A stretch of 52,078 nt of DNA, the filler included, from Dimargaris cristalligena (Eukaryota), in NCBI GenBank assembly GCA_003614675.1. It is 2 parts of 2 records of this genome, joined end to end, with 100 filler letters (N's around TTAATTAATTAA, not from the genome) between each part and the next. Parts side by side here need not be neighbours in the genome. Positions count along the whole stretch, not along the records: positions 1 to 26,002 come from ML002548.1; 1 more part is not named here. One strand, 5' to 3'. The notes under the pieces were generated by a model. It did no database searches. It worked only from the letters and a program-made list of their open reading frames with translations, and was not told the DNA's origin. This document shows, one piece after another, positions 1 through 11,940 of the stretch. Positions within the stretch are counted from its first letter, which is position 1, and each line of letters starts with the position of its first letter. Position numbers and translations under genes: made by a program.

Positions 1-1855
1 CGAATCTCCGAGACTACTGCTAGGCATATTTGGCATGGTGATATATTCCTGCATTGATGTTGATACACGCTTCAAGCCTACGGGTACGTTGCTAGAGAGC
101 TGCTCTTGTTTGTTTAATGGCTTATTTGGTCAAGTAAGTAAGGCTATAATGAGAATACGGTCTGAGTGGTAACGGGGTTTTGCTGCCTAAGAGTCGAGAC
201 CGGCTACTGTCTTTCCCGAGATACTCCGTAAAGATAAGAATGGGCCGACTAAGTCGGGTTTGGTGAGCGACATAGCCCAATCATACAGAGTCTTAGGCGC
301 AAGTGTAAGCCCTCCTCCTATGTTTCCAAGCCTCATCCACAGAGAGGTGTGCGATACTGTTATGGTGGAAGTAGTGGTTTTTTTCCCGTCCCCCCATCGT
401 GGTTGTGTATTGGTGTGGTTATCTCTCCTACCAATATACTATAGCCACACTCCCTGAGGGTTTATATTGCTCTCTGTAATCTTTACCACCACTCCCGTAA
501 CGCGCCGTATCTTTCCTTCTCTTTCTTATTTTATAAAAAATATTAAACTTTCTACTGCTCTTCTTTCTTAAGTTTTATACCTGGCGTACTCGTATCCTCG
601 TCTGGCCCGTCACTAAAATTTTACCGTGAGCGTCGTCCCTACCACTCAGCTCGTTGCGCCAGCTATCCGTTTGTGGCCCATCCATCGCCGACTTCTGATC
701 GCTAACCGAAACTCCTAGCCGGGAAAGCGCCATTTGCGTAACTCCCCTGTACTCTTACCTTAGTGCCTAGCGCATCGAGCCAGTTGTCCGTCCTCGTTTC
801 GTCCGTTTGTCATATTGAGCCGACCCCTACTCGACCTGGTCCCATTCCTCTCGCACCCCCCCCCGCCTTGACGTCAACTACCTAGACATCCCGGCGCCAA
901 CGTCCATTAGCAGCCCATCCCAAGCCACCTTTTCTCCCCCTTGTCGGTTGTATAGTGGTGTCAACTTAACCGTAGTAGAGAGGCTATTTCCCCGTAGTCA
1001 ACTCGTCAAACTGACCCTCAGTCACCAGGAGTTCATGGTACGTAGACTAGTCTTGTATTCGTTTCAATTTACCGCCGCCTTACATTTGCTACTTGCACGT
1101 TCTATTCCGAACAGCATGGGCCGTTAGAACACTCAACAATTGCCGATCCACTTCCCAGGCCAACGACCCCTAGGGATTGCTACAAGCCCAGTCGTGGCGG
1201 TCATGGGTTGAGCGCCTCCACTCCTTGTTGACAAGTAAACCTTCATGGCCCGGGTCCGATAGCCAGGCCCTTACTCTCTATAGTTTATGTTTATTCATTT
1301 TTAACTTAGTATTATGCCTCCAATTCTTGTCACGCACCATCATTTTATGACTTTGGCGTATCCTTTATTTATTTATTGACCGCCCTCCCAGAACAACCTC
1401 TTTTAAGCAAAACCGGGTCCCAAATTCCAATCAACCACCATCATTTCGCCATGACCAGGCTCAAAGCTGCCCCGTCGATAGTGGCTCCCAATGAACATCG
1501 CATCATTGAATTATGTACAGGGGAAGATAGCGACTCATGGACGCATCAGATTATCCAGCGCTATGGATTTCTTAAACCACCATCTGTCAATGCCTGTGCC
1601 TCCAATTCATCCAGTGGGGATATGGCTAACCCAAGGTAGGTACCAATTCACCAGTATTCCTTCTTATTGCTTGACTGTTGTAGGTGACCATGGCCCCTCT
1701 CCTTAAAGATGCCAGTTGAGTGCTTGTGAATCCCCTCGCACGGGTCATTTTCTTAGCTTGATTCATCGCTTCGTGGTTATTCTTCTGATACTGAAAATGA
1801 TTTAGCCGCTCCCAACCTGATATTTTCTGCATGTCCCTATAATTCGTTCATCAAC

Positions 1856-4044
1856 ATGGATAGCCCACCCCTCAAGCCCGAGCCCATTAAGAAAAGCAAA
1901 TCAAATCGGGCCTCGGTGAAGCGAATCCGTGAGGTTTGCGAGGTGTGTCATGGTGAAGGCCGTTTCATTTGCTGCGACGCCTGTCCCAAAGTATATCATT
2001 TATTGTGTCTCAACCCACCGCTACGCGAACCAGACGTTAGAAACTCTGACGAATCTTGGTACTGTTACTCGTGTCGGGTTGGACGTAATACACCCAATGC
2101 TATTCCACCTAGTCGTTCCAAGCCGGTTTCGAATTCCTTTAGCAGGAAGCCCAGCACATTGTTTGATCCACTCCTAAAGCAGCTTGATACTATGTCCCCG
2201 ACGGTATTCTCTCTCCCCAGTACACTCATTCATGAATTCCAAGGCGTGGCCGTAGGCCCCCATGGCGAATACCGGGATGTATCAAAACTGCGCCCGCCAC
2301 GCACACGAAGCAATCACTCTTTTCCACCCATCGGATCGAATTCACTGGATGGGCGACCCGCTGGCGAGCCTAAATGTTTCCAGTGCGGTGGCCGTGGCCC
2401 CACTGACAGTCTTTGCCAGTGCGACTATTGTCACCTTGTCTGGCACCTCAATTGCACGAATCCCCCTATGCTTAATGCACCACCCCCCCGGCAAATTATG
2501 GATGTGCCCCATCCACACCCAACACGACATGGTATGTCTTCCATTTCCCACTACCGACTGGCCCGATATATGGCAGCAGTGGATGTGCGTGTTATTTAAT
2601 GTGTTTTTTTTTTTAAAAAAAAGACAATGGTGTTCCACTCCCTCACCCCCTGTAATTTACAAATACCTTTACACCCATAAATCATCACTAACGACGCTTT
2701 TCTATTATGTTATTTTCACACTGTACCTACTGCTCCTCATCCAGCCCAAAGAACGGAGATGGAAGCGCACCTGTGTAGTGGAGCGGGCTAACCCCGCCGC
2801 TATTCGGAACTTCGGTCAAATCGAAGTTGAATTGGATGACGAATCAGTTGAGCAGCACGCTATTGAGCGACTTGCCAAACGGCACCGCTTACCTCCTATG
2901 CCCTCTCGCGTTGACCCCGTCGATGGTCGGTTGGGCTGGACAGCTTACCAACTGGACATCCACCGACGTACCGGCAATCACAATGTAGCATACCGAATGC
3001 CGGCTAGTGTCATTAAACATCAGTTTTGTGCCCGGATACAGCGTCACCAGCAATTACGTGGTAAAATTTCAATCGATGATTGGATTCGATCAACTATACC
3101 ATCGGGTTCACCAGCGCCTTCATCCGAACAATCTGAGGTTAGTTACTCGTTTGTTAATATCGACTGTAGTTCCGGTTACGGCTTTGGGAGATCTGGAATA
3201 TTCGAATGACACTATGGCCCATCTTTAGAACCCCCTAAAACAGCTATCCTCTGAGCGCCCGTTGTCATCATTTATCGCAGGCTGTTGTCGAAGGAATTAG
3301 TGACTTACCTACGCCCTTTTCTATTATACCTACTCATTGGCCCCGTTTTCCCGATCATCGCAATAGTGGCTACGTAATGTTGCTTACTTCCAGACGGAAA
3401 TCGCCCAAAACCTTACCAATATGTCCCCCGGACTCTTAACCGTGGAGCCAACTACAGGTCTCGAAAATACCTCCCCGTCACCGCCGCCCCCCATCGCAGA
3501 CGATATCCAAATCCTCATCAGGGCGGCACTACAAGAGGCCCCCCAGAATACCAACTCCCTGTCCGAGCCACTGCCGTCACCTATACTCAAGGCTGAACCT
3601 GACCTATCCCAACCGGACTCGCCTTTTCTATTACAAGAAGCCCAATCGGAACCCACCATCTCCCGTTGTTCCCCTGCCACCTACGCTACCCTACTCACGC
3701 CGAGTTCGCTCACTCCAGCTGGCGAAGCGAGTCCCCCCGTTTCTTTGACTGGTACAATGGGGGTGAAAGACCCTCTTTTACCTCTGATTACGACCTATCC
3801 GTCTGCTTTTGCCAACTCCACTAAGCCCCCTCGCTGTGTTTCCGAGCCACTATCATCGAATCCTGCCGTAATTAGTTCTACTCGGGATGGTTTAAGTAAA
3901 CCCTGTTTCGAAAAAGATGTAGCCGCCGCCCTTGCGCTATGTAACAGCCCCTCTCCGAATCCCTCGGCGATTGCTGCAATTCAACAACTCATGCGAGTCA
4001 AAGGTGAAAAAGCTCTGCTGGGCTTTTTATTAGACCGCCCATAG
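1856..4044 (+). CDS. Double PHD-finger protein, Rco1/Cph1-2-like (Rpd3S/Clr6 HDAC complex subunit); spliced, with one +1 frameshift in a C7 run
   Basis: PHD1 CEVCHGEGRFICCDACPKVYHLLCLNPPL..WYCYSC. PHD2 CFQC..CDYCHLVWHLNCTNPPM continues as GKLWMCPIH only if one C of 2483-2489 is removed. Introns 2532-2744 (gtatgt..ccag) and 3138-3366 (gttagt..atag) join in frame to Rco1-type motifs RNFGQIEV, YRMPASVIKHQF and WLRNVAYFQ; stop TAG at 4044. Extra 5' exons from ATG 1451 are possible but unresolved. Confidence 0.8.
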
Positions 4045-4909
4045 CGGCTCCCTTTCTTTCATTGCTTTTGCATTGGTTTCTTGATATAGAAACCATTTCT
4101 GTAATGTATAGCATAATTTTTTTGAGATGGCTGCCCACTATGTACATTGGGCAATTGAACGGACTTAACTTAGTTACGATATTTTCGTCGGAGTATTATA
4201 CAGCCATTACCCTGTCTCTAATTGGTATCTGTTTTTTCAATTCAAAACTTTATTTAATGACCTTCGGCTTTTGGTTTAAGCCAATAATCTTAAATGCTCT
4301 CTCCCCCCTGTATTATTGTAGAACACGCCGCGGCCCGCCCGTTTATGTTAGATGTCAGTCTTCCCTTAATAATATCGTATTTAATTTTGATAAACCTCCA
4401 TTACACTCCAGTTATTGCTATCACCTACAGCCTTAGCACGAGACTATGTCGCCCTATAAGTAGTGTATCTTTATAATTTGGGTAATTTTGCTAACCAAAA
4501 GGTCGCTCACACGGAGCAATACTTTTATAAAAACCGAATTAGTAGGCGGTATATTTATAAAAGTACGGTGGGCAGACGTTATTGTAAATCAATTCTGGTG
4601 ATTTGACGAGCTATTTGACCTCATTTGATGATTTTCTTGGCCATATTTAGAGCCGTTTTGCTTGTTAAAGGCAGAATGAGATTGTGCAATTATGTACATA
4701 GGGTTTAGCAAGTTGAGCATTCCGTTGTATAGTATAAGTGTTAGCCGTGAAGCCATGTCATGTAGTGAGAATTGCGACGAATAGTGAGCATGGGTAAAAT
4801 AGCATAGCTAGAGAGAACAGATGGGATGCTGCTAAAAAACCCCCGGATATTTTCCAACACCCAGCAATATAGGACTAAAATAAAAACTATTAAGGGATTC
4901 AGGGAGAGC

Positions 4910-7900
4910 TTACCTAGCCTGGATCATATTGGGGATTTGCAACTTATTGCAAAATCCGACGGTTTGGGGGTTATCATTGAAATATACCGGCCTCGATCCG
5001 CCGCCGCCTAAGGGTAGTGTCGGAAGAACCAACAGGGAATGTAATGGGAGTGTAGTGAGTTGTTAGAAAGTTGAAAAGTGGCGAGTGGGTATACCCAAAG
5101 TATATGAAGGCATCTCTGCAACGAAATAGCCCGGTTTGAGTTCACCTGGACTGGCAGATTGTCTAAACTAAGCACACCATATCAAAGATAGATATTAACG
5201 CATCTAGGGTTATAAACCGATACTGCCACTGCCTCCGCTCTTTGCGTTTTGCCTTTGGAATACAATCATATGTTGGAAAACATAAATGGCAAATTGCAAA
5301 AAAAAAAAAAAAAGCGATTAACCAGTCCTGAAACAGTATATAGTATATTACCTGGTATGGGTTCCGTTTGTAGAGGGGGGGATGGACTGCGCTTATCCCA
5401 ATTGCCACTTTTAAACTTATCCTGCAGAGTGCGTTTCATGGGCCCCCGTAGGAAATTAGAGACGGGTGCCGTTATTTTGAAGTTGTGCGGAATTGTGAGG
5501 GGGTAAGGGTTTTTACTGGGCTTGATCAGGTTATCGAAAACCCATACCATTTCCTGGTCTACCACTCTTTAGATATAAATTTGAAACAATGGACAAGTAT
5601 TCAACAAAGTGATTAGCGAATGGAAACCAGAGGTATGTAGGTGGTTTTTGTACATATGCAATATATATATATATATATATATCAACAAGGACACGTTTAG
5701 CTATTAATTAAAATGGTGACCGCCTTATATACTAAGATATGATGACAACTTACTTTTTAAGTTCATCTTTCGGTGGGTAGTCTTTGGTATCGTACACCTC
5801 GGTGGGCATGTACTGCTGCATGGCCCTAGTAATAGCCAACCATTCCGGATCGTAGGTAAAAACCGCAGGCGTTTGCTTATTTTTCAGCCGGGCTTGTCTC
5901 AGCGCATTCGAGACGGGAGTATCATCGAGTTCTATAAGCTAATAGTGGAAATACAGAATAGCGAGAATGAAGAACGAGTGAGTTGAATAAAAGAACTGCC
6001 CTGAATTATATATACACCCTTTTACCATGGCCCAACATGTGTAGAACGGTGGGGGAGGATTAGAGTGCTCCCAAGGTAAGCTCTAACTTTGCCATATTGT
6101 CCATTCTTCAACAGCATCATCTCTAACCCCTAACCTAAAAAAAAATATGCCAAAATACGAAGATAGGGCAAACTTGAGAGTGAAGAATGGGACCATATAG
6201 GTAGAAGAGGCGTAAACTTACTTCCAAATATTCACGACGCACGCCACATTTATCGAGGGCCAGAAATTTAGTCACCCCCGTATAGTTGGTAGGCGAACGC
6301 AGTCGGGGCCATTTCCGAATATTGGTCATATCGGGCAGAACAGTGGGTTGGCTGGTCTCAGGAACGGCCGATCCCGGGGATGCTTTACCCTGCAACATGC
6401 GTTTCGGGGAAGACTCTTGGCTACTGGGCTTTGGCCCCTTGCGCTTATCGCCCACCAATTCCCCTTCACTATCACTCGAACTCATACTTATATCCAGGGC
6501 GTCAGGGTTCGGGACCGATCCTCCGGAGTGGGCGGTCGGTAAATTGGCCTTGCTGGCCGGTGCAGAGGGGGGGAAATCAGCCCATGGGGCCACCGTGTCG
6601 CTGTCGTCACTAGTGATATACACTTCGATGTCCAGCTCATCGGGATTTTTAGTTAAAACTTTAGGGGTAGTGGCAGTTGCTTCAGTGGATGAATGCGTTT
6701 GGGCAGACGGGAGGGCCCCCTCGCTCTCATGTTCACTGTCGCCTGAATCCAGGTTGACGACTACTTCATCGGGATTACTCGTTTCGACTTGAGCGAGGGG
6801 TTCGGGGGCAATGAAGAGGGACGAGGCTTCCGGATCATTCGGGTCAACGGGCAGGTCCATCTGGTAATTGAGCAACTCCTTAGTCCGCTCTAGGTCCAAT
6901 GGGTGCTTATAGTTGACTTGGTAGCGAACGTGCAGATGGCCGGAAAACCAGTGATTGGGCTGCAGGTGATCAAGTAGCTTAATGGTGACCGGGTTTCCAA
7001 GTGTATTGGTATTAATCTGTGGTTTTGTATGTAAGGGAGTGGGGGAAGGAGTGTAAGTTAATATAGGCTGGTTAGAAAGGTGGGTTTGGTGATGTATCCA
7101 TTACACTTGATGGGGAATAGGCTGGAGATGCGAAATGGACTTGGCGGGTCGAGAGACTCGAAGCAGGTTTCGGGATGTCTATAACAGGTATCAGCACGCT
7201 TGGTATCTCCAATAGTAAGTTGGAAAAATCAATAATTAATGTATAAAATACATGGGCAATAAACCCACCTCATCCTTAAAAAATGGTTTCCGTTTTATAA
7301 GAGACTTGACATTGCCGTGGTGTTCGATGCCGCGAGGCCAGTCGTGCGAGATGAAGATATCGAGCGGTTGCTCGATTTGCTTTAGCTTCAGATAGTCGTA
7401 GTGGCGAGTATGATAAACACTACGGAGAGAACTGTGCGTATAAGGCGGCAACTCAAAATGACCTGCAATAGACACGCATTAAACATTTACGTAAATGGAT
7501 ATATGGATAAGTAAGTTAGACACTGATTTTCAATAAAATATTCTTACCGACAAGTAAGCAAGGCATCGCATAGCATATTGAATTAGTGAATTTCCCGAGT
7601 TCAAATCAATCGGGACTATTAAACTTGCCTTTGTTATAGTCGCTCTCGTAATAGACCCCCGAAATCCCACCGATGCGCAGCCCGTTAAATTGGACAACCC
7701 CGGAATGGCCCATGTAGTAAATGTCCGGACACACCCAGCCGCCCAGGTAGAGTTCGGTCATGAATGAGCTGGATTCGTGGTTCCCCCCGATAAAAATAGT
7801 GGGCACCCGGGCCTTACGTTTGCCCGTGTAGTACTCGCCAAAGTAACCTAATTTACGGTACTTCGTGGGCACCGCCAGGGAATCGAGGTCATAGGTGTTG

Positions 7901-8037
7901 CGAATCGCTTGGAAGTCGCCGCAAATAATAAGCAAATCGACCTTGCTCTTGATTTTGCCGTGGCATGAGCCTAGACGCTCGTAGATCTTGGGCAATTCGC
8001 CATGGCAGCAGCCCACCACAGCAATATTAAGCGGCAT
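4910..8037 (-). CDS. DBR1: RNA lariat debranching enzyme (metallophosphoesterase plus DBR1 C-terminal domain), multi-exon
   Basis: Motifs GCCHGEL, CGDFQA, IGGNHE, SHDWP, WFSGHLH, TKFLALDKC, YDPEWLAITRA and NPQTVGFC. Exons 8037-7629, 7462-7269, 7016-6222, 5938-5754 and 5566-5352, probably two small exons at ~5253-5100, and last exon 5007-4910. Intron 1 is GC-AG. Confidence 0.95.
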
Positions 8038-8818
8038 GGTGTTCAGCAATGGGAGGGGTGGGACGGATGAATAAGGAGCAGGGCTGAAGGGATCCGCGGT
8101 TGGGTAATACAATGTGAAATCCAAAAGGTGCGAGAAATGAAATGTAGCGAATAAGATCAAGGGCGCCAAGAAGGTACTGTTGCATTCATTTTGAGGAGGG
8201 AGCTTCGATATCTTACCTTACCAGACCAGATGTATTATAAATATCCCAATTTTCTATGGCTAATAATACTTCTGAAAATATTCAAAATCATTTTTGCATT
8301 TGTAGCTGATTAGTCTAATAGGTATCTTGCCGCAGGATGGTCTCATCCATTCAGGAACATACACAACTTTGGGCGCCGTGATTTGGCAGGCCCTGCTGTT
8401 CAATTAATTGAGCGATTCGTCTGGAAACTATGTATAGTATTGCAAACAGTAGGAAGCAGGTAATATTCAACAGTAGTTTGGTAAGTTCTCTGTGGGGGGG
8501 GGGGCCGTCATTAAGCGAGTCGGTCGCAATTAACATTTAGCATTTTTCAAATAGCCTAAAGAATACCCAGTCTCCGTTGTCATTCATCGGTGTTTGAAAG
8601 AGATATACTATATACTAAAGTCTGTCGAATTAAAATTGGGTTGAACTGCAACAGGTTCAAACTAATCGGTATCCCGGTGCTATAGTGTTGTTACTAGCAA
8701 GTTTATGCCGCATACTCCGTGATAAAAACAAAAATGAATATGTCAATGGTAAGGGCAGTCTGGCAAAATAGTAAACATTTTTTGAACAACCATAATTTAA
8801 GATGAATTGAAAAAGAAA

Positions 8819-8900
8819 CGTCACCTGCAGGATTCGAACCTGCGCTCCCAAAGGGAAATGGCTTAGCAGGCCACCGCGTTAACCACTCCGCCAAAGTGAC
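8819..8900 (-). tRNA. tRNA-Ser, anticodon GCT, intronless
   Basis: Minus strand GTCACTTTGGCGGAGTGGTTAACGCGGTGGCCTGCTAAGCCATTTCCCTTTGGGAGCGCAGGTTCGAATCCTGCAGGTGACG. Acceptor stem GTCACTT/AGGTGAC, A box TGGCGGAGTGG, anticodon arm GTGGC-CTGCTAA-GCCAT, long variable arm, GTTCGAATCC T-loop, discriminator G, then a T-run Pol III terminator. Confidence 0.97.
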
Positions 8901-9582
8901 TGGTTAAAAAAAAATTACCCCACTAAAATAACTCTCATAATTATTTTGTTGCTTTACAAAATTCATTTTCGATCATGGGACTTTCATGTCTAAGAGAATT
9001 AATTCAGATTTTCTTTGCGCATATAATATATTGCTGTTCTTAAACCCAGTATACCTATTTACTTTTGTTACAATAGTTAAAATGAATTAGGAGGTTATTC
9101 TACCTATGCATACTTATAGTATGGGCTTTAACAGCGAAGATATCATCTCGCAAATCATAACTGCACATTTTTGCCTTGGAATCGTTCTTAAAATGATCCA
9201 TGCTACTGCCTACAAGTTATCAAAGCTTCTAGGTCAAGATCGCGATCAGCTCGAGGAGAAGCGTATCGCATAAGCTACCAATGAATAAAAAATGGAACGA
9301 AAAATATTTTTATGGATCTAGCGATCGGATAGTATTTACGGTAGATAAATAAAGTAAATGAACACGAGAAGAAATCCGCGCCGACAGCGAATTTTTTTTT
9401 TAAAAAAAAAGAAGGTAAAATACATAGGGGAACCCATTAGTTCAGATAGTTGGTGATTCCTACGACGGGCTGGAATATCCAAAAACCGCCAACATAAGTG
9501 ACCCCAGCCAGAATTGTAAATGCATGTAAAAGCTTGCTCAAAAAGAAGGTTTGCTAATGAGATTACACGGCTGAATATCGTA

Positions 9583-11940
9583 TTACGGATGGTGTGATCG
9601 GCGTGAACGGACAGCGCTCATTTCCAATTCGGTTTCGGAGGGTACCGTAGGGATAGGGTAAGTGGGCTGTTCCGGGCTGGCCGAATAGTCATGCCGGGAT
9701 ACGTGGGCCGGCAGGTGAAGGAAACGTAAAATATCCTTACGGGTGACGATACCCTCGAGCCGACCCCCTTCCCCTTCAACCAGGACCATCCGGGGACCGA
9801 GCTTCTTAAAGATCTCCATGACGGTTTCGGCCGACTGGCGGGGACTAACGATAAATGGGGCGGAGTTGACCCACTGACCGAAATCGATGGAGGAGGGCGA
9901 GCTATACGAGATTGGTGGGTTGAGTGAGGAACTGCCTCCCATGCCGTCATCGCCGTCACCACCGGTCCCACCACCGATACGGTAGGCAGTTAACGAAGGA
10001 GCAGTCTGGAAGAAGCACTGGGCATCGTCCTGGATGCCGTGCTGATCCCGGGCCTTTTGGATTGCGTATTTAAGCTCGGACCGGTTAATGTACCCCTGGA
10101 TGCGCATGTCCGCCCGCGTATCCACGATGGGGAATCCCATCATCTGGGTATTCTCGAGGAGGTGCTGAATAGTATGGAGGCGCAGGCCCCGAGCAGTGAG
10201 TACAACGGGCTCGGTCACCATGACCCGCGAAATAGGCACTCCGTATAGATGTTCTTCCTTGTCCATATAGGGCAGACCGTAGAGTTTGATAAAGTGATCG
10301 GATATGCCGCCGCTTCCAAACAGGTCCCCGGCTACTTTGGTGACCATCACGGTGATCATGGTGGGTACAATGTAGTTGAGGGCTCCCGTGAGCTCGAACA
10401 TAATGACCACCAACGAAATGGTCATTTTGGTGACCCCGCCCAAAAAGGCACCCGCGCCTAGGAAGGCGTAGATGGCTGGTTCAATGCAGGGGCTATCAGG
10501 TGGGCAGGCTGCGAAGAGCACAGAGTGGGGCCGGGCCCGGTGCAAAGATTGGACCATTAGGCCGACCATCCGACCAAACGTGGCCCCCACAGCCATACTC
10601 GGTACAAAAATACCGCAGGGTACTTTAGTGCCGTAGGAGAAGATGGTCAGAGTCATACGGATAACCGTGGCCATGAATAGCAGCCAGATCATGCGGGGGG
10701 TGTAGTCGACCCGGCAAAGGCCGGAATAGTCGCCGTCCTTGCAGCTGCGTAATAGGTAGGACAGCACCTCGGACATGTCATTTCGCAAGAAGATGTTGAG
10801 GTAGCAGATGATTGCCGTACTCAGGGCCAAAACGGACACTTCAGTCATGGCATAGGGTTTCAGATAGCGTTTCCGGAAGGCAGCGACCTTGATGTTGAAC
10901 TTGATTACCAAAGCACCATACAGGGCCCCGAAGATGCCGATAATAATGAAAAAGATGACCTCGAAGAAGTGCCAGTCCTTGTCGTAATAGGCCTGGAACA
11001 TGACGAGTTTGCCTGTTCGGAAGGGATTGAAGGCCTGCAGACTGACGGTGGCAATTAAAGCACAGAAGAAACTCCGCCAGAGGGTTTTCAAGGGAAAGTA
11101 GGAACTGAGTTCTTCTAAGGAAAACAGCACCCCGCCAATCGGGGCGGCAAAGGCCACGGCCACACCAGCAGCGGATGCGGCCGACAGGATTTCGCGCTGC
11201 TTGGCCCGATTGTACTTAAACTTGCTAAACATGCGGGACACGACGTTGCCAACGCAGCAAGCCACGTGCACCGAGGGCCCTTCTTTACCCACGCTCAGGC
11301 CCGACGAAACGGCCAGGGTCAGACCCACACTCTTAATGAGCAAGGTCCAGCCCCCCATGAAGCCTTTAATGACAAACCCGCTGAGGATGCTTTTAATCTC
11401 GGGAATACCCGATCCGGCAGCGTATGGAGCGTACTCCCGCACCAGGAATGCGCAGGCCAGGGCGAGGCCGGTGGCCATGGCGACGTAGACGAGCCAATTC
11501 ACCATTAAATTGTCGTGTGCCAGGCCGATTATGGTGCTCCAGGGTCGCCAGTCATCGCACGACCCATGGGTGTTCCAATTTTCCCAACAGCAAAACTTTT
11601 CATTCAGCCACCAGCCGGTCGAACAGTGGCCCAATTTCAAATCACTAAGCCATTCGGCAGCAATGGAGATCAGCGCGGCATTAATCCCGACCAGGAGGCC
11701 GACGAGTAGGACAACCCACCAGGCCTGACTGGCCTCATAGACCCGCTGGATAAGGGAGAACCATGTGCTATTGAAGGAGGCGTGGAGCGCCCGTACCCGG
11801 GTCCGTTCGCGTTGGGCGTCTTGAATCCAGTCGACAGTGGTAAAATCTTCGTATCGTGCAATCTGGCTAATGGCGGCGTCATCCTCCGCAGTCCGTTGTA
11901 GATTCGGGCGGGGAGGGTCGGTGGCAGAAATGGTCGGCAT
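9583..11940 (-). CDS. CLC-family chloride channel / Cl-/H+ antiporter (ClC-3/Gef1 type) with two CBS domains
   Basis: 785-aa single-exon ORF with selectivity motifs GSGIPE, GKEGP and GIFVP, plus GGVLFSLEE, and C-terminal CBS repeats (GFPIV.., GIVTRKDIL). Confidence 0.95.
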   Translation of the reverse strand: MPTISATDPPRPNLQRTAEDDAAISQIARYEDFTTVDWIQDAQRERTRVRALHASFNSTWFSLIQRVYEASQAWWVVLLVGLLVGINAALISIAAEWLSDLKLGHCSTGWWLNEKFCCWENWNTHGSCDDWRPWSTIIGLAHDNLMVNWLVYVAMATGLALACAFLVREYAPYAAGSGIPEIKSILSGFVIKGFMGGWTLLIKSVGLTLAVSSGLSVGKEGPSVHVACCVGNVVSRMFSKFKYNRAKQREILSAASAAGVAVAFAAPIGGVLFSLEELSSYFPLKTLWRSFFCALIATVSLQAFNPFRTGKLVMFQAYYDKDWHFFEVIFFIIIGIFGALYGALVIKFNIKVAAFRKRYLKPYAMTEVSVLALSTAIICYLNIFLRNDMSEVLSYLLRSCKDGDYSGLCRVDYTPRMIWLLFMATVIRMTLTIFSYGTKVPCGIFVPSMAVGATFGRMVGLMVQSLHRARPHSVLFAACPPDSPCIEPAIYAFLGAGAFLGGVTKMTISLVVIMFELTGALNYIVPTMITVMVTKVAGDLFGSGGISDHFIKLYGLPYMDKEEHLYGVPISRVMVTEPVVLTARGLRLHTIQHLLENTQMMGFPIVDTRADMRIQGYINRSELKYAIQKARDQHGIQDDAQCFFQTAPSLTAYRIGGGTGGDGDDGMGGSSSLNPPISYSSPSSIDFGQWVNSAPFIVSPRQSAETVMEIFKKLGPRMVLVEGEGGRLEGIVTRKDILRFLHLPAHVSRHDYSASPEQPTYPIPTVPSETELEMSAVRSRRSHHP

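Noticed and set aside
1..360. Possible minus-strand exon leaving the window (acceptor ttgaccaaataag at ~121, open frame PLNKQEQLSSNV..MPNMPSSSLGDS)
   Set aside because: No recognisable domain and no convincing upstream exon; it cannot be supported from this window alone.
1035..1240. Exon-like segment reading AWAVRTLNNCRSTSQANDP*GLLQAQSWRSWVERLHSLLT with an in-frame TAG
   Set aside because: No start or consistent upstream frame and no clear homology; more likely a spliced 5' UTR of the PHD gene.
5661..5682. (AT)n tracts (also ~22325, ~23955, ~43868) and long A-runs
   Set aside because: Ordinary microsatellites in introns and intergenic DNA.
6123..6136. Telomere-like CTAACCCCTAACC (also CTAACCCTAACC at ~39875)
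   Set aside because: Only about two units, in an intron and a promoter; compatible with chance or short regulatory motifs.
8657..8894. Short ORFs MAEWLTRWPAKPF.. and MGAQVRILQV..
   Set aside because: Spurious translations of the tRNA-Ser gene.
9618..11882. Many overlapping or antisense ORFs within CLC (likewise in GAD, URI, LisH and NPP)
   Set aside because: Shadow ORFs expected from GC-rich codon usage; no protein-like motifs.
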